Shown here one piece after another: positions 1-10,248 of a DNA stretch of 64,000 bases. How positions within the stretch are numbered: the first letter of the stretch is position 1; the number at the start of each line of letters is the position of its first letter. Origin of the DNA: Candidatus Spyradenecus sp. (GTDB taxonomy: Bacteria > Verrucomicrobiota > Kiritimatiellia > RFP12 > DVOR01); NCBI GenBank assembly GCA_045613865.1, contig JAZLBT010000020.1:10661-74660 (forward strand), read 5' to 3'. Position numbers and translations under genes: made by a program. A model generated the notes under the pieces. That model worked only from the letters and a program-made list of their open reading frames with translations, had not been told where the DNA came from and did no database searches.

Positions 1-84
1 CATCGCACGAAGGTCGCGCGCAAGCGATCCTCCAATAAGCCCAATGCCTGCAATTCCAACTGTCTTAAAAAGCATTGTATTCAT
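1..84 (-). CDS. First 28 codons of a gene running off the left edge; NAD(P)-binding Rossmann N-terminus, prephenate/arogenate dehydrogenase-like
   Basis: Hand translation of the minus strand from ATG at 84..82 gives MNTMLFKTVGIAGIGLIGGSLARDLRAM. It has a GxGxxG dinucleotide-binding motif of TyrA-type dehydrogenases. It is too short to appear in the ORF track. Confidence 0.4.
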   Translation of the reverse strand, partial: MNTMLFKTVGIAGIGLIGGSLARDLRAM

Positions 85-94
85 CTATTTTCTC

Positions 95-856
95 TCAAAT
101 ATTTATAGGCGCTTTTGCATGACGCGCACAACCAAGATTAGCCATACCGTAAATAGCCGCAGTTTCAGCACGAAGAATGAGCGGACCTAACGTCACAGGA
201 ATTGCTCCATGTTGAAGGATCGTCTCCATTTCTGTTGCAGTAAAATCGCCCTCTGGTCCACACCACCAACCCCATGTTTGGTCTTGCACAAGCGGATCAA
301 GCGTATCAAGAACTGGTTTCAATGGACGCGCATGAGGAATTAATGCCGCAACAATTAAGGTTGTACACCGATTCATTAAGGATTCCGTTTCTGCAAAACG
401 CATCGGAGGGTGTACAATTGGAATATGTGTTGTCCCACATTGACGCGAAGCGGCCTCTACAATACGTTGCCAACGTTCGCGCTTTGTTATCGCTTGCTTC
501 CCCTCTAATCGCACCACTGTGCGTTCACTCATCACGGGGACAATCTCTGTCACTCCAAGTTCTGTTGCCTTCTCAAGCAACCACTCCATACGGTCTCCTT
601 TTGGAATACACGCAAAGAGAACCACTTTTACAGGAGTTTTTTCTGTTTCAAAGATGGGCTGTTTAGCTTCCAATAATAGTCCATTCGTCAACCGTTGTGC
701 CACATGATAGAGGCGTGCATGTCCACAACCATCAAAGAGCGAAACTTCCGTTCCTTCCTTTGCACGAAGCACATGCATAAGATGATGTGCCTCCTCGCCT
801 TCCAAGAGAAGTTGCGCTTCCTTTAATGCATCAGGTGAAACATGTTGACGATACAT
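95..856 (-). CDS. rsmE: 16S rRNA (uracil1498-N3)-methyltransferase RsmE
   Basis: 253 aa. The C-terminal SPOUT knot motifs GPEGDFT..E and LGPLILRAETAA are typical of the RsmE family. Confidence 0.85.
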   Translation of the reverse strand: MYRQHVSPDALKEAQLLLEGEEAHHLMHVLRAKEGTEVSLFDGCGHARLYHVAQRLTNGLLLEAKQPIFETEKTPVKVVLFACIPKGDRMEWLLEKATELGVTEIVPVMSERTVVRLEGKQAITKRERWQRIVEAASRQCGTTHIPIVHPPMRFAETESLMNRCTTLIVAALIPHARPLKPVLDTLDPLVQDQTWGWWCGPEGDFTATEMETILQHGAIPVTLGPLILRAETAAIYGMANLGCARHAKAPINI

Positions 857-863
857 AATAGCC

Positions 864-1634
864 TCACTTTAATCGACGGAGCAACTTACGTTGACGACGT
901 TCTTCACGACTCCGCAAACGTGCGAGTTTTCGTTCCTTACGACGAGCAAGCCGCGTTTCACGTTTGACTAGACGCGCTGCACGAATCTCATCTCGATGCG
1001 TAATACGCGCCATTGCGACCTTTGCAATACGCCACTGCAAAAAGAGAAATACACCAAAGAAAAGCAGAATCACAAGAATAACTAGAAATGGCGAGGTTTC
1101 CCACGTGGACTTCATCCAATTGAGAGCTGGACGAAAAACGCTCGGCATAAAATAGACCACAATAAAGCTTTGAAAGAAACATGATAAGGCTGAAAAAATA
1201 GTATATAGGAGGAAGTTCACCTTCAGCATTCCCGCCGCCAATAATGCAGGTGTACGGATTCCAGGTGTAAATCTGATGATAAACATCGTCTTTCCAAGAT
1301 GACGATCAAAGAACTTTCCACATGCCTCTATTTGTCCTTGATGCTGTTGTACCCACTTCATACGTGCCACGTAACGCATCGCAAAACGCACGGGTAGATA
1401 CATCAATAAGTCTCCAATGAAGACCCCCCAGAATGTACTCTGAAAAGCGACTGCAACACTCAAAATACCTTCCGAAATCAATGGAGGCACAATAGTCCAA
1501 CACACAACATTCTCAAAGAAAAACGTAGCAATCGCAGTAAACCACCCTTGTACAAGAGGATATTCACTTGTCGTGCGAATCATTTCAATCCATCCATCAA
1601 GAACAGAGGCGGATGTTGCAAAAAAATCTATCAT
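864..1634 (-). CDS. DedA/VTT-family inner membrane protein with a highly basic C-terminal tail
   Basis: Multi-TM protein with the DedA signature region FIIRFTPGIRTP. The last ~45 aa are Arg/Lys/Glu rich (RLARRKERKLARLRSREERRQRKLLRRLK). Confidence 0.75.
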   Translation of the reverse strand: MIDFFATSASVLDGWIEMIRTTSEYPLVQGWFTAIATFFFENVVCWTIVPPLISEGILSVAVAFQSTFWGVFIGDLLMYLPVRFAMRYVARMKWVQQHQGQIEACGKFFDRHLGKTMFIIRFTPGIRTPALLAAGMLKVNFLLYTIFSALSCFFQSFIVVYFMPSVFRPALNWMKSTWETSPFLVILVILLFFGVFLFLQWRIAKVAMARITHRDEIRAARLVKRETRLARRKERKLARLRSREERRQRKLLRRLK

Positions 1635-1637
1635 AAT

Positions 1638-3488
1638 TTAATCCTCTTTTAGCAATTTTTTATCAGCAGGCAAATGTAAGTAGTGCCCAATCTCTTCTGC
1701 AATGGAAGCAAAAATTGGCGCCGAAACATCTCCACCTGCATGTTCCTTACTCTTTGGTCGTTCAATCGTAACAAGAATTGTTAGCTCTGGATCGCTAGCA
1801 GGATAAATTCCTACAAAAGAAGCATTATAATCTGTTGAACTATAAACGCCATTCACAGGGATCTGCGCCGTTCCTGTCTTACCTGCAACTCGATAAGAAG
1901 GTAATCTCGCACGCCAACCTGTTCCCCCATACCACCCAGGAATACGCGCATCCTTCTCTACAACTGAAGTCATCAAATCTATAACCGTTGAAGCTGTCTT
2001 CTGCGAAAAAGGACGCCCTTTTACTTCAGGCTCAAAGTGCTTTACCACGACATAATTATCACGATTGTCTAAATCTTCCGAAGCACGAATCTCGCGAACA
2101 ATCATTGGTCGCATTAACTTACCCCCATTTGCAAGAGCAGAATAGGCCGTACAAAGCTGAATTCCTGTTAAGGCAATGCCTTGACCAATTGGCATACGCG
2201 TTGGAGAAAGCTTACTCCACTTTGAATAATGTGGAACAATTCCCGCTTCCTCACCTACAAGATCAATCCCTGTTAATTGTCCAAAACCTAATGCGCGAAA
2301 TGCCGCATAAAGAAGTTGATACTCCTTAAATCCAAGTTTCGGATTAGCTTTTGCCATTTCAAGACCAATCTTAGCTGTACCAATATTAGATGACTTCGCT
2401 AAAATTACACGTGCATTATAATGACCTGGATCAATATGATCACTCAACCGGCGGCCCGCATAAAACCATGGAGCTCGAACTTCAAACGTTGTATGTTCAT
2501 TAATAATGCCTCGTTCTATCGCCATTGCAACAATCAAAGGCTTCATCACTGATCCAGGTTCAAAGTTACGCGAAATTGCAATGTTTTTCCATAAATTTGC
2601 AGGATACAATCCATACTTTTCTGGAGGGAAACTCGGCAATGTTGCCATACCTAAAATTTCCCCTGTCTTTGCACGTTGAACAATAATCATTCCAGAATCG
2701 GCTTGATAACGTTCAATCGCCTCCGACAAGCGTTTCTCAATAATATACTGTACCCCATTATCAATTGTTAAAACAACATCATTACCATGTTCTGCTGGCG
2801 TTTCTTCTTGACGGAGTTCTCGAATTTCTCGACGTCGTGCGTCAACCTTCGTCTCAATTCGCCCATTATGCCCTTTTAGCTCCTTATCAAATCGTTGCTC
2901 AATACCATAGACACCTTGGCCTTCAGCGTTAATATAACCAACCACATGGCTTAAACGCGCTCCATTAGGATGTGAACGAACAGAAACTTGTTCACTAAAA
3001 TTAACCCCTGCGATACGCTCACCTTTAGGCACCGTATATGCGGTACGACGACTCAACTCTTCAATCGCATAATTATCTGAGATCTCTCCTAAACGAATCG
3101 TTGTTAAACGTTTTCCGCGATAAGTTTTCTCTGCAAAAAAAGCCTCACTTACACGTTCTTCTGGGATTTTTAATAACTCGGCAATCTCTCGTGGTAACGT
3201 CTCCATATTGACATCACTACGTTTTAACTTTGGATCTTTACGATCAATATAAACTACACGTCCAGGCACACTTTCCACAAGCACCTGTCCATTACGATCT
3301 AAAATTCGCCCTCGCAAACCAAGTAGCTCATATGTTGCAGAGTAATCTCGTTGTTTATAATCCGCTGCGGCAGGCTCAATAAGATGCAACTGTATTAAAC
3401 GCAAAAAGACGAGTCCGAATAATCCGAACACGCCTAGTGCGACACATATTATCCAGCCTCTTGCTGCGCTTCGCTCTCGTCTTTCCAT
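1638..3488 (-). CDS. ftsI: Peptidoglycan D,D-transpeptidase FtsI (class B PBP)
   Basis: 616 aa with an N-terminal TM anchor. Transpeptidase motifs SVMK (SxxK), SSN (SxN) and KTGT are present. It sits directly downstream of the rsmH and ftsL-like genes. Confidence 0.85.
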   Translation of the reverse strand: MERRERSAARGWIICVALGVFGLFGLVFLRLIQLHLIEPAAADYKQRDYSATYELLGLRGRILDRNGQVLVESVPGRVVYIDRKDPKLKRSDVNMETLPREIAELLKIPEERVSEAFFAEKTYRGKRLTTIRLGEISDNYAIEELSRRTAYTVPKGERIAGVNFSEQVSVRSHPNGARLSHVVGYINAEGQGVYGIEQRFDKELKGHNGRIETKVDARRREIRELRQEETPAEHGNDVVLTIDNGVQYIIEKRLSEAIERYQADSGMIIVQRAKTGEILGMATLPSFPPEKYGLYPANLWKNIAISRNFEPGSVMKPLIVAMAIERGIINEHTTFEVRAPWFYAGRRLSDHIDPGHYNARVILAKSSNIGTAKIGLEMAKANPKLGFKEYQLLYAAFRALGFGQLTGIDLVGEEAGIVPHYSKWSKLSPTRMPIGQGIALTGIQLCTAYSALANGGKLMRPMIVREIRASEDLDNRDNYVVVKHFEPEVKGRPFSQKTASTVIDLMTSVVEKDARIPGWYGGTGWRARLPSYRVAGKTGTAQIPVNGVYSSTDYNASFVGIYPASDPELTILVTIERPKSKEHAGGDVSAPIFASIAEEIGHYLHLPADKKLLKED

Positions 3489-3502
3489 AGAGCTTAATAT
3501 CT

Positions 3503-3946
3503 TTAGTTACGTGACCGTGAACGTGACCGTGTGACTTGTTGAGACGTCGTCGTCGCAACAACCTCTTGATTCTGTTTATTACGCACTTGCGCAAGTTCAT
3601 GCTTCAACTTTGGATTCATCACCAACGTATTCGTCGCTGAATTAACACGGACTTGACGATCCGGTGTTGGTGCTGTCATCGCAAGGCCATGACGCGAAAT
3701 GGCTTCATTCAAACGCGCAGGCTCCATCATTTGATTCCACACAGCAGAAACGCGAACAAGTGCTGCCTTTTGTTCACGTGCGGTTTGTTCCAAACGCTTC
3801 ACCTCATTCGCCACTTGGTCCACACTTAAGCTATAATAGCTATAAATCACCCACGGCGCAATGAGGAAAAGAATCACAACCACAAAGACCCCCATTTTAG
3901 GAGTGAGAGTGCTATTCATTTTGTGACGACGATTACGCTTTGACAT
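3503..3946 (-). CDS. FtsL-like cell division membrane protein
   Basis: Small bitopic protein (basic N-terminus, one TM, coiled-coil-like ectodomain) in the conserved position between rsmH and ftsI. Start placed at ATG 3946 (MSKRNRR...), which has GAGGAGG 7 nt upstream. It overlaps the rsmH 3' end by 14 nt. Confidence 0.55.
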   Translation of the reverse strand: MSKRNRRHKMNSTLTPKMGVFVVVILFLIAPWVIYSYYSLSVDQVANEVKRLEQTAREQKAALVRVSAVWNQMMEPARLNEAISRHGLAMTAPTPDRQVRVNSATNTLVMNPKLKHELAQVRNKQNQEVVATTTSQQVTRSRSRSRN

Positions 3947-4886
3947 AACGCACCTCCTCAACTCTTCTCACCGCACGCAACTTTGCGCTGCGCGCACGTG
4001 GATTAACCGCAATCTCCTCTGGCCGCCCTACCACAGCCTTTCGGAAAACCAACTCGCAACGGGGCAACTTTCCTTGCCATTCGCTTCCACCCTGTTGCAA
4101 CGAGACTTCACGACCGCAATGTTCACGAAATGCCAACTTCACAATACGATCGGTCAAACTTTCAAACGTCAAAATTGCAAACACACCACCGGGTTTTAAC
4201 AAGGCGATACCATCTTCAATTGCTTGAACCAGATCCCCTACCTCATTATTTACCGCCATACGAAAGGCTTGGAAAACACGTGTTGCGGGGTGACGACCTT
4301 TTGTGTGAGCACCGCCGACCACACTTGCAACACAATCTGCCAAATCCAACGTTTCCAAAAAAGGCGCTTGTTTACGACGGCGATCAATCGCTCGAGCAAT
4401 CGCACCTGCACGCTTTTCCTCACCATAGGTACGAAAAATCTCTGCCATTTCATCAACCGTTAAACGCGCAATCAAATCCGCAGCACTTTCACCCGCATCA
4501 TTGCGCATACGCATATCCAGTGGTCCATTATTACGGAAACTGAAACCACGTTCAGGCGTATCGAGCTGATCGCTACTCACACCGAGATCCAACAAAATGC
4601 CATCGACTGCCTCAAACCCATGAGCACGTGCCAACCGGCCAATCTCACCATGTGCACCATGAATCAACGTATGCGTGCCTGGTATTTCATCGCGCTTAAG
4701 ATTATTCGCCGCACGCGCAAGAGCCTCACCATCACGATCAATTCCTAACAAACGCCCCGTAGGGCCTGCAAGCCGCATCACGGCACTTGCGTGACCCGCC
4801 TGACCAAGTGTGCCATCAATATAAACACACCCTGCCTGAGGAGCAAGTGCTGCAATTGTCTCTTGTAATAAGACAGGAATATGCAT
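3933..4886 (-). CDS. rsmH: 16S rRNA (cytosine1402-N4)-methyltransferase RsmH (MraW)
   Basis: 317 aa with the motifs HIPVLLQE, DGTLGQAGHA and DLGVSSDQLD. It lies immediately downstream of mraZ. Confidence 0.9.
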   Translation of the reverse strand: MHIPVLLQETIAALAPQAGCVYIDGTLGQAGHASAVMRLAGPTGRLLGIDRDGEALARAANNLKRDEIPGTHTLIHGAHGEIGRLARAHGFEAVDGILLDLGVSSDQLDTPERGFSFRNNGPLDMRMRNDAGESAADLIARLTVDEMAEIFRTYGEEKRAGAIARAIDRRRKQAPFLETLDLADCVASVVGGAHTKGRHPATRVFQAFRMAVNNEVGDLVQAIEDGIALLKPGGVFAILTFESLTDRIVKLAFREHCGREVSLQQGGSEWQGKLPRCELVFRKAVVGRPEEIAVNPRARSAKLRAVRRVEEVRYVKA

Positions 4887-4897
4887 AACTCACACAC

Positions 4898-5374
4898 TTA
4901 GAAATCGATTGCAGCCAAAGCTTCGCCCAAAGCGGCCTGATCCACCGTCTCAACCACAGCACGTGCTTCAGCGGCCCAGATTTCGCCATAGGCAACAGCA
5001 CCAACAAAGGCCACACGACCTTTGATGTTTGCGAATTCCAACAAACGGTCACTGATGCGAATACGGCCTTGCACATCAATCGGCAACTGCTCAGAATTCT
5101 CACCAATCACACGCAACGTCCGTGCAACCGTTGGATCTGACAAACGACGTGTCTTTAATTTCTCCAACAACTGTTGCATTAAACTTGCCGGCATCAAGCG
5201 TAAACACTTGGTATGCGGATCTGCCATTACGAAAACATAAGAAGGCTGCCCCATCGCATCACGCCATCCCGAAGGGATTGTCACGCGACGCTTAGGATCC
5301 AATGCATGCGATGCGCTGCCTGAAAAAACAGCGCAATCCAACACGGATTCAAGTGGCTTTTCTTTTGTTCCCAT
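4898..5374 (-). CDS. mraZ: Transcriptional regulator MraZ
   Basis: Two SpoVT/AbrB-like repeats with DxxxR motifs (LDPKRRVTIPSGWR and IDVQGRIRISDRLL). Start moved to the internal ATG (MGTKEK...) because family members are about 150 aa; the ORF-track start at 5425 remains possible. Confidence 0.8.
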   Translation of the reverse strand: MGTKEKPLESVLDCAVFSGSASHALDPKRRVTIPSGWRDAMGQPSYVFVMADPHTKCLRLMPASLMQQLLEKLKTRRLSDPTVARTLRVIGENSEQLPIDVQGRIRISDRLLEFANIKGRVAFVGAVAYGEIWAAEARAVVETVDQAALGEALAAIDF

Positions 5375-5572
5375 AGTTTGACCTTTTATGACACTATTAA
5401 ACACTTTTCCCCACCAATCCGTCAAGCGAATTTATAAAAAACTTTCTTGTAATAATTTTTAAGTCAAAAATGCCCCTTTTTCTCCTCTTTTTACATATTT
5501 TTCAAAGTGATTCAAAAATAAAAAAAGATTAATTCCAAAACCTGCGTCATTTTTGACACAAATTTTGGAATT

Positions 5573-5612
5573 AAAAAAAGTGCGTAACTCAAATCGAGTC
5601 ACGCACTTTTTT
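5573..5612 (-). terminator. Rho-independent terminator after groEL (flanked by A- and T-runs, so potentially bidirectional)
   Basis: An 11-bp stem GTGCGTAACTC / GAGTCACGCAC (one mismatch) with a 5-nt loop, flanked by A7 on the left and T6 on the right. It lies 20 nt past the groEL stop. Confidence 0.7.
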
Positions 5613-5631
5613 AAATGATGTTACGCTCTAC

Positions 5632-7263
5632 TTACATCATTCCACCCATACCAGGATCAGGCATTGCGGGAGCCGTCTTGGGCTCAGGAATTTCAGTTAC
5701 CATACATTCGGTGGTAAGGAGAAGGCCAGCAATCGATGCTGCATTCTGGAGGGCAGAACGTGTCACCTTAGCGGGATCAAGCACACCAGCCTTAATGAGG
5801 TCAACAAATTCACCTGTCGCCACATTGTAACCGTTGCTACCCTCAGCGCACTTGACCTTTTCAACGATAAGTGCAGCTTCAAGACCCGCATTAGAAACAA
5901 GCTGACGAAGAGGAGCTTCCATCGCACGGCCAAGGATTTCTGCACCAATGCGTTCATCACCAGCGAGGGTTGCAGCGCAAGCTTCAACAGCCTTCTGGCA
6001 ACGGAGGAGAGCTACGCCACCACCCGGAACAACGCCTTCTTCCACTGCAGCACGGGTTGCATGGAGAGCGTCATCAACACGATCCTTCTTTTCCTTCATC
6101 GCAGCTTCCGTCTGAGCGCCAACCTTAATCACAGCAACGCCACCAGCGAGCTTAGCGAGACGTTCCTGAAGCTTTTCACGATCATAGTCAGAAGTCGTCG
6201 TTTCAATCTGATGCTTAATTTCAGCAACACGACCCTGAATTTCAGATGTCTTACCTGCGCCTTCAACAATTGTAGTCGATTCCTTGTCAACCGTGATACG
6301 CTTTGCCTTACCGAGCTGTTCAATTGTAACCGAATCAAGTTTGATTCCGAGATCTTCAGAGATGACCTGGCCACCCGTGAGGATAGCGATATCCTTAAGC
6401 ATTTCCTTACGACGATCACCGAAACCAGGAGCCTTCACAGCGCAAATCTGGAGGTTACCGCGGAGACGGTTCACCACGAGCGTAGCAAGTGCTTCACCTT
6501 CAACATCTTCCGCAATGATCAACAACGGGTGACCGCTCTTAGCAACACCCTGAAGAACGGGAAGCATATCGTTAAGATTTGAAATCTTCTTTTCGTAGAT
6601 AAGCACATAGGGACTATCAAGGATGCATTCCATGCTTTCAGCAGCCGTCACAAAGTAAGGGCTAAGGTAACCCTTATCGAACTGCATACCTTCCACAACG
6701 TCAGAGATGGTTTCTGTCGTCTTACCATCTTCAACTGTAATTGTGCCATCCTTACCAACCTTATCCATTGCATCTGCGATGATATTACCAATTTCAGTAT
6801 CACCGTTTGCAGAAATGGTTGCAACCTGTGCGACTTCATCCGAGGTCGAAACCTTCTTTGCAAGACCAGCAATCGCTTCAACCGCAGCAGCTGCAGCCTT
6901 ATCAATACCACGCTTCACAGCCTGAGGATTAGCGCCAGCAGTAACATTCTTCAAACCTTCACGATAAATTGCTTCACCAAGAATCGTTGCGGTAGTTGTA
7001 CCATCACCAGCGATATCATTAGTCTTCGAAGCCACTTCGCGCACCATTTGAGCGCCCATGTTTTCAAAAGGATCGGGAAGTTCAACTTCCTTTGCAACCG
7101 TCACGCCATCCTTTGTGATTTGAGGAGAACCGAACTTCTTGTCAATGATGACATTACGACCACAAGGGCCGAGCGTTGTAGCGACAGCCTTAGCGAGCTT
7201 GCTCACGCCATTAAGAATTGCCTGACGTGCGTCACCTTCATACTTCATTTGCTTTGCAGACAT
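5632..7263 (-). CDS. groEL: Chaperonin GroEL (Hsp60)
   Basis: 543 aa with full-length similarity to GroEL ([12 protein letters not shown]-terminal GMGGMM tail). It is preceded by groES. Confidence 0.97.
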   Translation of the reverse strand: MSAKQMKYEGDARQAILNGVSKLAKAVATTLGPCGRNVIIDKKFGSPQITKDGVTVAKEVELPDPFENMGAQMVREVASKTNDIAGDGTTTATILGEAIYREGLKNVTAGANPQAVKRGIDKAAAAAVEAIAGLAKKVSTSDEVAQVATISANGDTEIGNIIADAMDKVGKDGTITVEDGKTTETISDVVEGMQFDKGYLSPYFVTAAESMECILDSPYVLIYEKKISNLNDMLPVLQGVAKSGHPLLIIAEDVEGEALATLVVNRLRGNLQICAVKAPGFGDRRKEMLKDIAILTGGQVISEDLGIKLDSVTIEQLGKAKRITVDKESTTIVEGAGKTSEIQGRVAEIKHQIETTTSDYDREKLQERLAKLAGGVAVIKVGAQTEAAMKEKKDRVDDALHATRAAVEEGVVPGGGVALLRCQKAVEACAATLAGDERIGAEILGRAMEAPLRQLVSNAGLEAALIVEKVKCAEGSNGYNVATGEFVDLIKAGVLDPAKVTRSALQNAASIAGLLLTTECMVTEIPEPKTAPAMPDPGMGGMM

Positions 7264-7301
7264 TGTATTATCCTTTATTAAAATTATATACCGACAAACG
7301 C

Positions 7302-7598
7302 TTAACCAAGAATACCGAGAAGATCATCCGAGCGAACGAGTTGATACGTTGTGCCATTCAACTTCACTTCAGTGCCACCATACTTCGGCAAGAGCACCAC
7401 ATCACCAATCTTCACGTCAAAAGGCATTTCCTTGCCATCCTTGTCACGCTTGATACCGAGCGCGATAACAGTGCCTTCCATCGGCTTTTCCTTTGCTGTG
7501 TCAGGGATAATGATACCACCACGGGTAACCTCTTTTTCTTCATTAGGGAGCACGAGAACGCGATCACCGAGCGGACGAATTGCGGGAGTATTAGACAT
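7302..7598 (-). CDS. groES: Co-chaperonin GroES (Hsp10)
   Basis: 98 aa. [10 protein letters not shown]...GGIIIPD is a typical GroES mobile-loop region. Confidence 0.95.
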   Translation of the reverse strand: MSNTPAIRPLGDRVLVLPNEEKEVTRGGIIIPDTAKEKPMEGTVIALGIKRDKDGKEMPFDVKIGDVVLLPKYGGTEVKLNGTTYQLVRSDDLLGILG

Positions 7599-7624
7599 TG
7601 TTAATTTCCTTTCTTAAATGGGAT

Positions 7625-7651
7625 GCTGTACACCCTCTTCGGGTGCACAGC
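7625..7651 (-). promoter_or_regulatory. Intercistronic stem-loop between dnaK and groES
   Basis: An 11-bp stem (GCTGTACACCC / GGGTGCACAGC, one G-U on the minus-strand RNA) with a 5-nt loop. No U-tract follows it, so a processing/stability element or weak attenuator is more likely than a full terminator. Confidence 0.4.
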
Positions 7652-7660
7652 GCAAAACGA

Positions 7661-9553
7661 TTAGTTCATCTTAAAGTCAGCATCAACGACATTGTCATCT
7701 TGCTTCTTTTCTGCTTCGGGAGAAGGGCCTTCTGCGCCAGCACCAGCACCCGGAGCGGCACCTTCTTGCTGATACATTGCAGCACCGGCCGTCTGAAGAA
7801 TCTGAACGAGCGCATCCTGCTTTGCCTTAATCGTAGCATTATCTGTGCCAGCGAGCGCATCCTTCAATTCCTTGATTGCCTCTTCAATCTTGGTCTTGGT
7901 TTCTGCAGGCACCTTATCGCCATTTTCCTTGAGCATCTTCTCAGCTTGATAAGCCATCTGCTCAGCTTGGTTACGCGTTTCGATTGCAGCCTTGCGTTCT
8001 TCGTCTTCCTTTGCGTATTTTTCAGCATCCTGACGCATTTTTTCGATCTCTTCCTTCGAAAGACCCGAAGATGCCGTAATCGTGATCTTCTGTTCCTTAC
8101 CCGTACCCTTATCCTTTGCGGTCACATTAAGAATACCATTCGGGTCAATATCAAACGTCACCTCAATCTGAGGCACACCACGTGGAGCAGGAGGAATACC
8201 TTCAAGGTTGAAACGACCGAGCAACTTGTTATCAGCCGCCATTTTACGCTCACCCTGGCAAATCTTAATTTCAACACCAGGCTGATTATCAACAGCTGTC
8301 GAGAAAACTTCAGACTTCTTACAAGGAATCGTCGTATTGCGATCAATCAACGGTGTAGCAATACCACCAAGTGTTTCGATTGAAAGCGTGAGCGGCGTCA
8401 CGTCAAGCAAAAGCACGTCCTTCACTTCACCCTTCAAGATGCCGCCCTGAATTGCTGCACCCATGGCCACCACTTCATCAGGATTAACACCCTTATGAGG
8501 TTCCTTGCCAAAGATTTCCTTAGCTTTTTCCTGAAGGCGAGGCATACGTGTCTGACCACCTACGAGAACAACTTCATCCACCGAAGAAATACCCGCATCT
8601 TCCATACACTTACGGCAAGGTCCCACCGTGCGTTCAACCAACACGTCAGCGAGTTGCTCCAATTTTGCGCGAGAGAGCGACTCTGTCAAGTGCTTCGGTC
8701 CCGTTGCATCCATCGTGATAAAGGGAAGATTAATTTCGCTCGTCTGAGCACTCGAAAGTTCAACCTTTGCCTTTTCTGCCGCTTCCTTAATACGCTGAAT
8801 AGCCTGGTTATCCTTCGAGAGATCAATCCCTGTTTGCGCCTTGAACGAATCAAAGAGCCACTGCATGATTGCTTGGTCAACGTCATCACCGCCGAGCTGC
8901 GTATCACCATTAGTTGCCTTCACTTCAAAGACACCATCACCAATATCAAGCACAGAAATATCAAACGTACCACCGCCGAAGTCATACACCGCAATTTTTT
9001 CATCACGCTTCTTATCCAAACCATAAGCGAGCGAAGCTGCAGTAGGCTCGTTGATAATACGAAGCACTTCAAGACCTGCAATTTTACCAGCATCCTTCGT
9101 TGCCTGGCGCTGAGAGTCATTGAAATAAGCCGGCACCGTAATAATTGCCTGCGTAATAGGCTCACCCAAACGCATTTCAGCATCAGCCTTCAACTTTGCC
9201 AAAATCATAGCCGAAATTTCTGGCGGAGAGAACGTCTTATCGCCCACCTTAATTGCAGCGTCACCATTTGCAGCACGCGTCACTTCATAAGGGACCATTG
9301 CGATTTCCTTCTGCATTTCATCGAACTTACGGCCCATGAAACGCTTCACTGAATAAATCGTACCCTTCGGATTCATTACCGCCTGACGCTTTGCAGGCAA
9401 ACCAACCAAGCGCTCACCATTTGCAGCAAAAGCAACAATTGAAGGTGTTGTACGCTGACCTTCTGCATTTTCCAACACACGAGCTTCTCCACCTTCCATG
9501 ATTGCCATGCAAGAATTGGTTGTACCCAAGTCAATACCAAGAACTTTACTCAT
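7661..9553 (-). CDS. dnaK: Molecular chaperone DnaK (Hsp70)
   Basis: 630 aa with Hsp70 signatures GIDLGTTNS and DFGGGTFD, and a C-terminal acidic/Gly-Ala tail. Confidence 0.97.
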   Translation of the reverse strand: MSKVLGIDLGTTNSCMAIMEGGEARVLENAEGQRTTPSIVAFAANGERLVGLPAKRQAVMNPKGTIYSVKRFMGRKFDEMQKEIAMVPYEVTRAANGDAAIKVGDKTFSPPEISAMILAKLKADAEMRLGEPITQAIITVPAYFNDSQRQATKDAGKIAGLEVLRIINEPTAASLAYGLDKKRDEKIAVYDFGGGTFDISVLDIGDGVFEVKATNGDTQLGGDDVDQAIMQWLFDSFKAQTGIDLSKDNQAIQRIKEAAEKAKVELSSAQTSEINLPFITMDATGPKHLTESLSRAKLEQLADVLVERTVGPCRKCMEDAGISSVDEVVLVGGQTRMPRLQEKAKEIFGKEPHKGVNPDEVVAMGAAIQGGILKGEVKDVLLLDVTPLTLSIETLGGIATPLIDRNTTIPCKKSEVFSTAVDNQPGVEIKICQGERKMAADNKLLGRFNLEGIPPAPRGVPQIEVTFDIDPNGILNVTAKDKGTGKEQKITITASSGLSKEEIEKMRQDAEKYAKEDEERKAAIETRNQAEQMAYQAEKMLKENGDKVPAETKTKIEEAIKELKDALAGTDNATIKAKQDALVQILQTAGAAMYQQEGAAPGAGAGAEGPSPEAEKKQDDNVVDADFKMN

Positions 9554-9608
9554 AACTAGATTCCTTTCTAAAAAATACTCGCAACTATACGAGCTTCCGA
9601 CTCTCTTA

Positions 9609-9625
9609 TTGCAAATATTATGCCA
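9609..9625 (-). promoter_or_regulatory. Candidate sigma54-type (-24/-12) promoter upstream of dnaK
   Basis: The minus strand reads TGGCATAATATTTGCAA, that is TGGCA-N6-TTGCA with exact GG-N10-GC spacing. It lies about 56 nt upstream of the dnaK ATG. A competing sigma70 reading exists: TTGCAA-N19-TATAGT, with the -10 at 9584..9589. Confidence 0.35.
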
Positions 9626-9785
9626 AAAATGGAAATTTTCCTTTATTCAGTTATAAAAATAAAGAAACCGTGCCACATGGCATACACCATCTATGCCAAA
9701 TTTTCAACCCTGCCATCTATAGCAGGGTTAAAATGTATACGTACCCTAAGAACACTCTTCTATGTAAATTTTAGCTAAGGGTTTC

Positions 9786-10031
9786 AGTTTTTCAATATTT
9801 CCATACTCTATTATGCCATCCGTAAAGTATCGTAAATGAATAACTTATTTTGAAAATATTGTGCTGTTTAAAATATGTCTTAAAAATAGTATAAATCGTA
9901 CTATGTTGTTCTTTAAAATGTGTTTCGGAAAACGTTTTGGCCGACGAATAAAATAGTTCGATATTTTGCTTGGCACATTTTTTGGCCTGCTTAAATTGTT
10001 TTAGGAAAATAGTACGATTGATTGAAAAAGT
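9786..10031 (+). repeat. 246-bp repeat element, copy A (TIR-bounded, MITE-like)
   Basis: Starts AGTTTTTCAAT and ends ATTGAAAAAGT (11-bp inverted termini, one mismatch). It aligns end to end with copy B at 10693..10938, roughly 85% identity by eye. Confidence 0.7.
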
Positions 10032-10248
10032 AAAATCAATGGTTTTTGAAAAATAAAATAGGCTTTATCAGATGATTGTACTATATGGGAGGACTGAGTT
10101 TACATTCTTATTCCGTTGTACTCTAATTGCTTATTTTGACGGGTAAAATTAATCCTGAAATATAAAACAGAAAGATGCCTTTGTACTATCGCATCTCGCT
10201 AAAATTAATGTAGAACCATGTTAAATTCATAAAACAAGAAGTTCTAAA

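Noticed and set aside
7598-9352. Long plus-strand ORFs (7598-8383, 261 aa; 8495-9352, 285 aa). There are similar antisense ORFs inside glyA (28398-29447), the carboxyltransferase (40128-40994), the tricorn gene (35450-36334), hrpB (54789-55550) and metG (52213-52923).
   Set aside because: They lie entirely antisense to strongly supported conserved genes. Their composition is low-complexity and skewed (Arg/Leu/Ile/Phe or Pro/Thr/His rich). They show no start-site signals. They are classic shadow ORFs.
9918-9956. Mini-ORF MCFGKRFGRRIK inside the 246-bp repeat, conserved as MCFGKLFSRRIK in copy B.
   Set aside because: There is no SD, it is only 12 codons, and two copies give too few substitutions to test for purifying selection. 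Conservation is explained by the repeat itself.
9965-9990. Sigma54-like TGGCAC elements inside the 246-bp repeats (TTGGCACATTTTTTGGCC in copy A, TTGGCACACTTTTGGCC in copy B).
   Set aside because: The -12 element is TGGC rather than TTGC. The GG-N10-GC spacing holds only in copy B (copy A has an extra T), so the feature is not conserved between copies.
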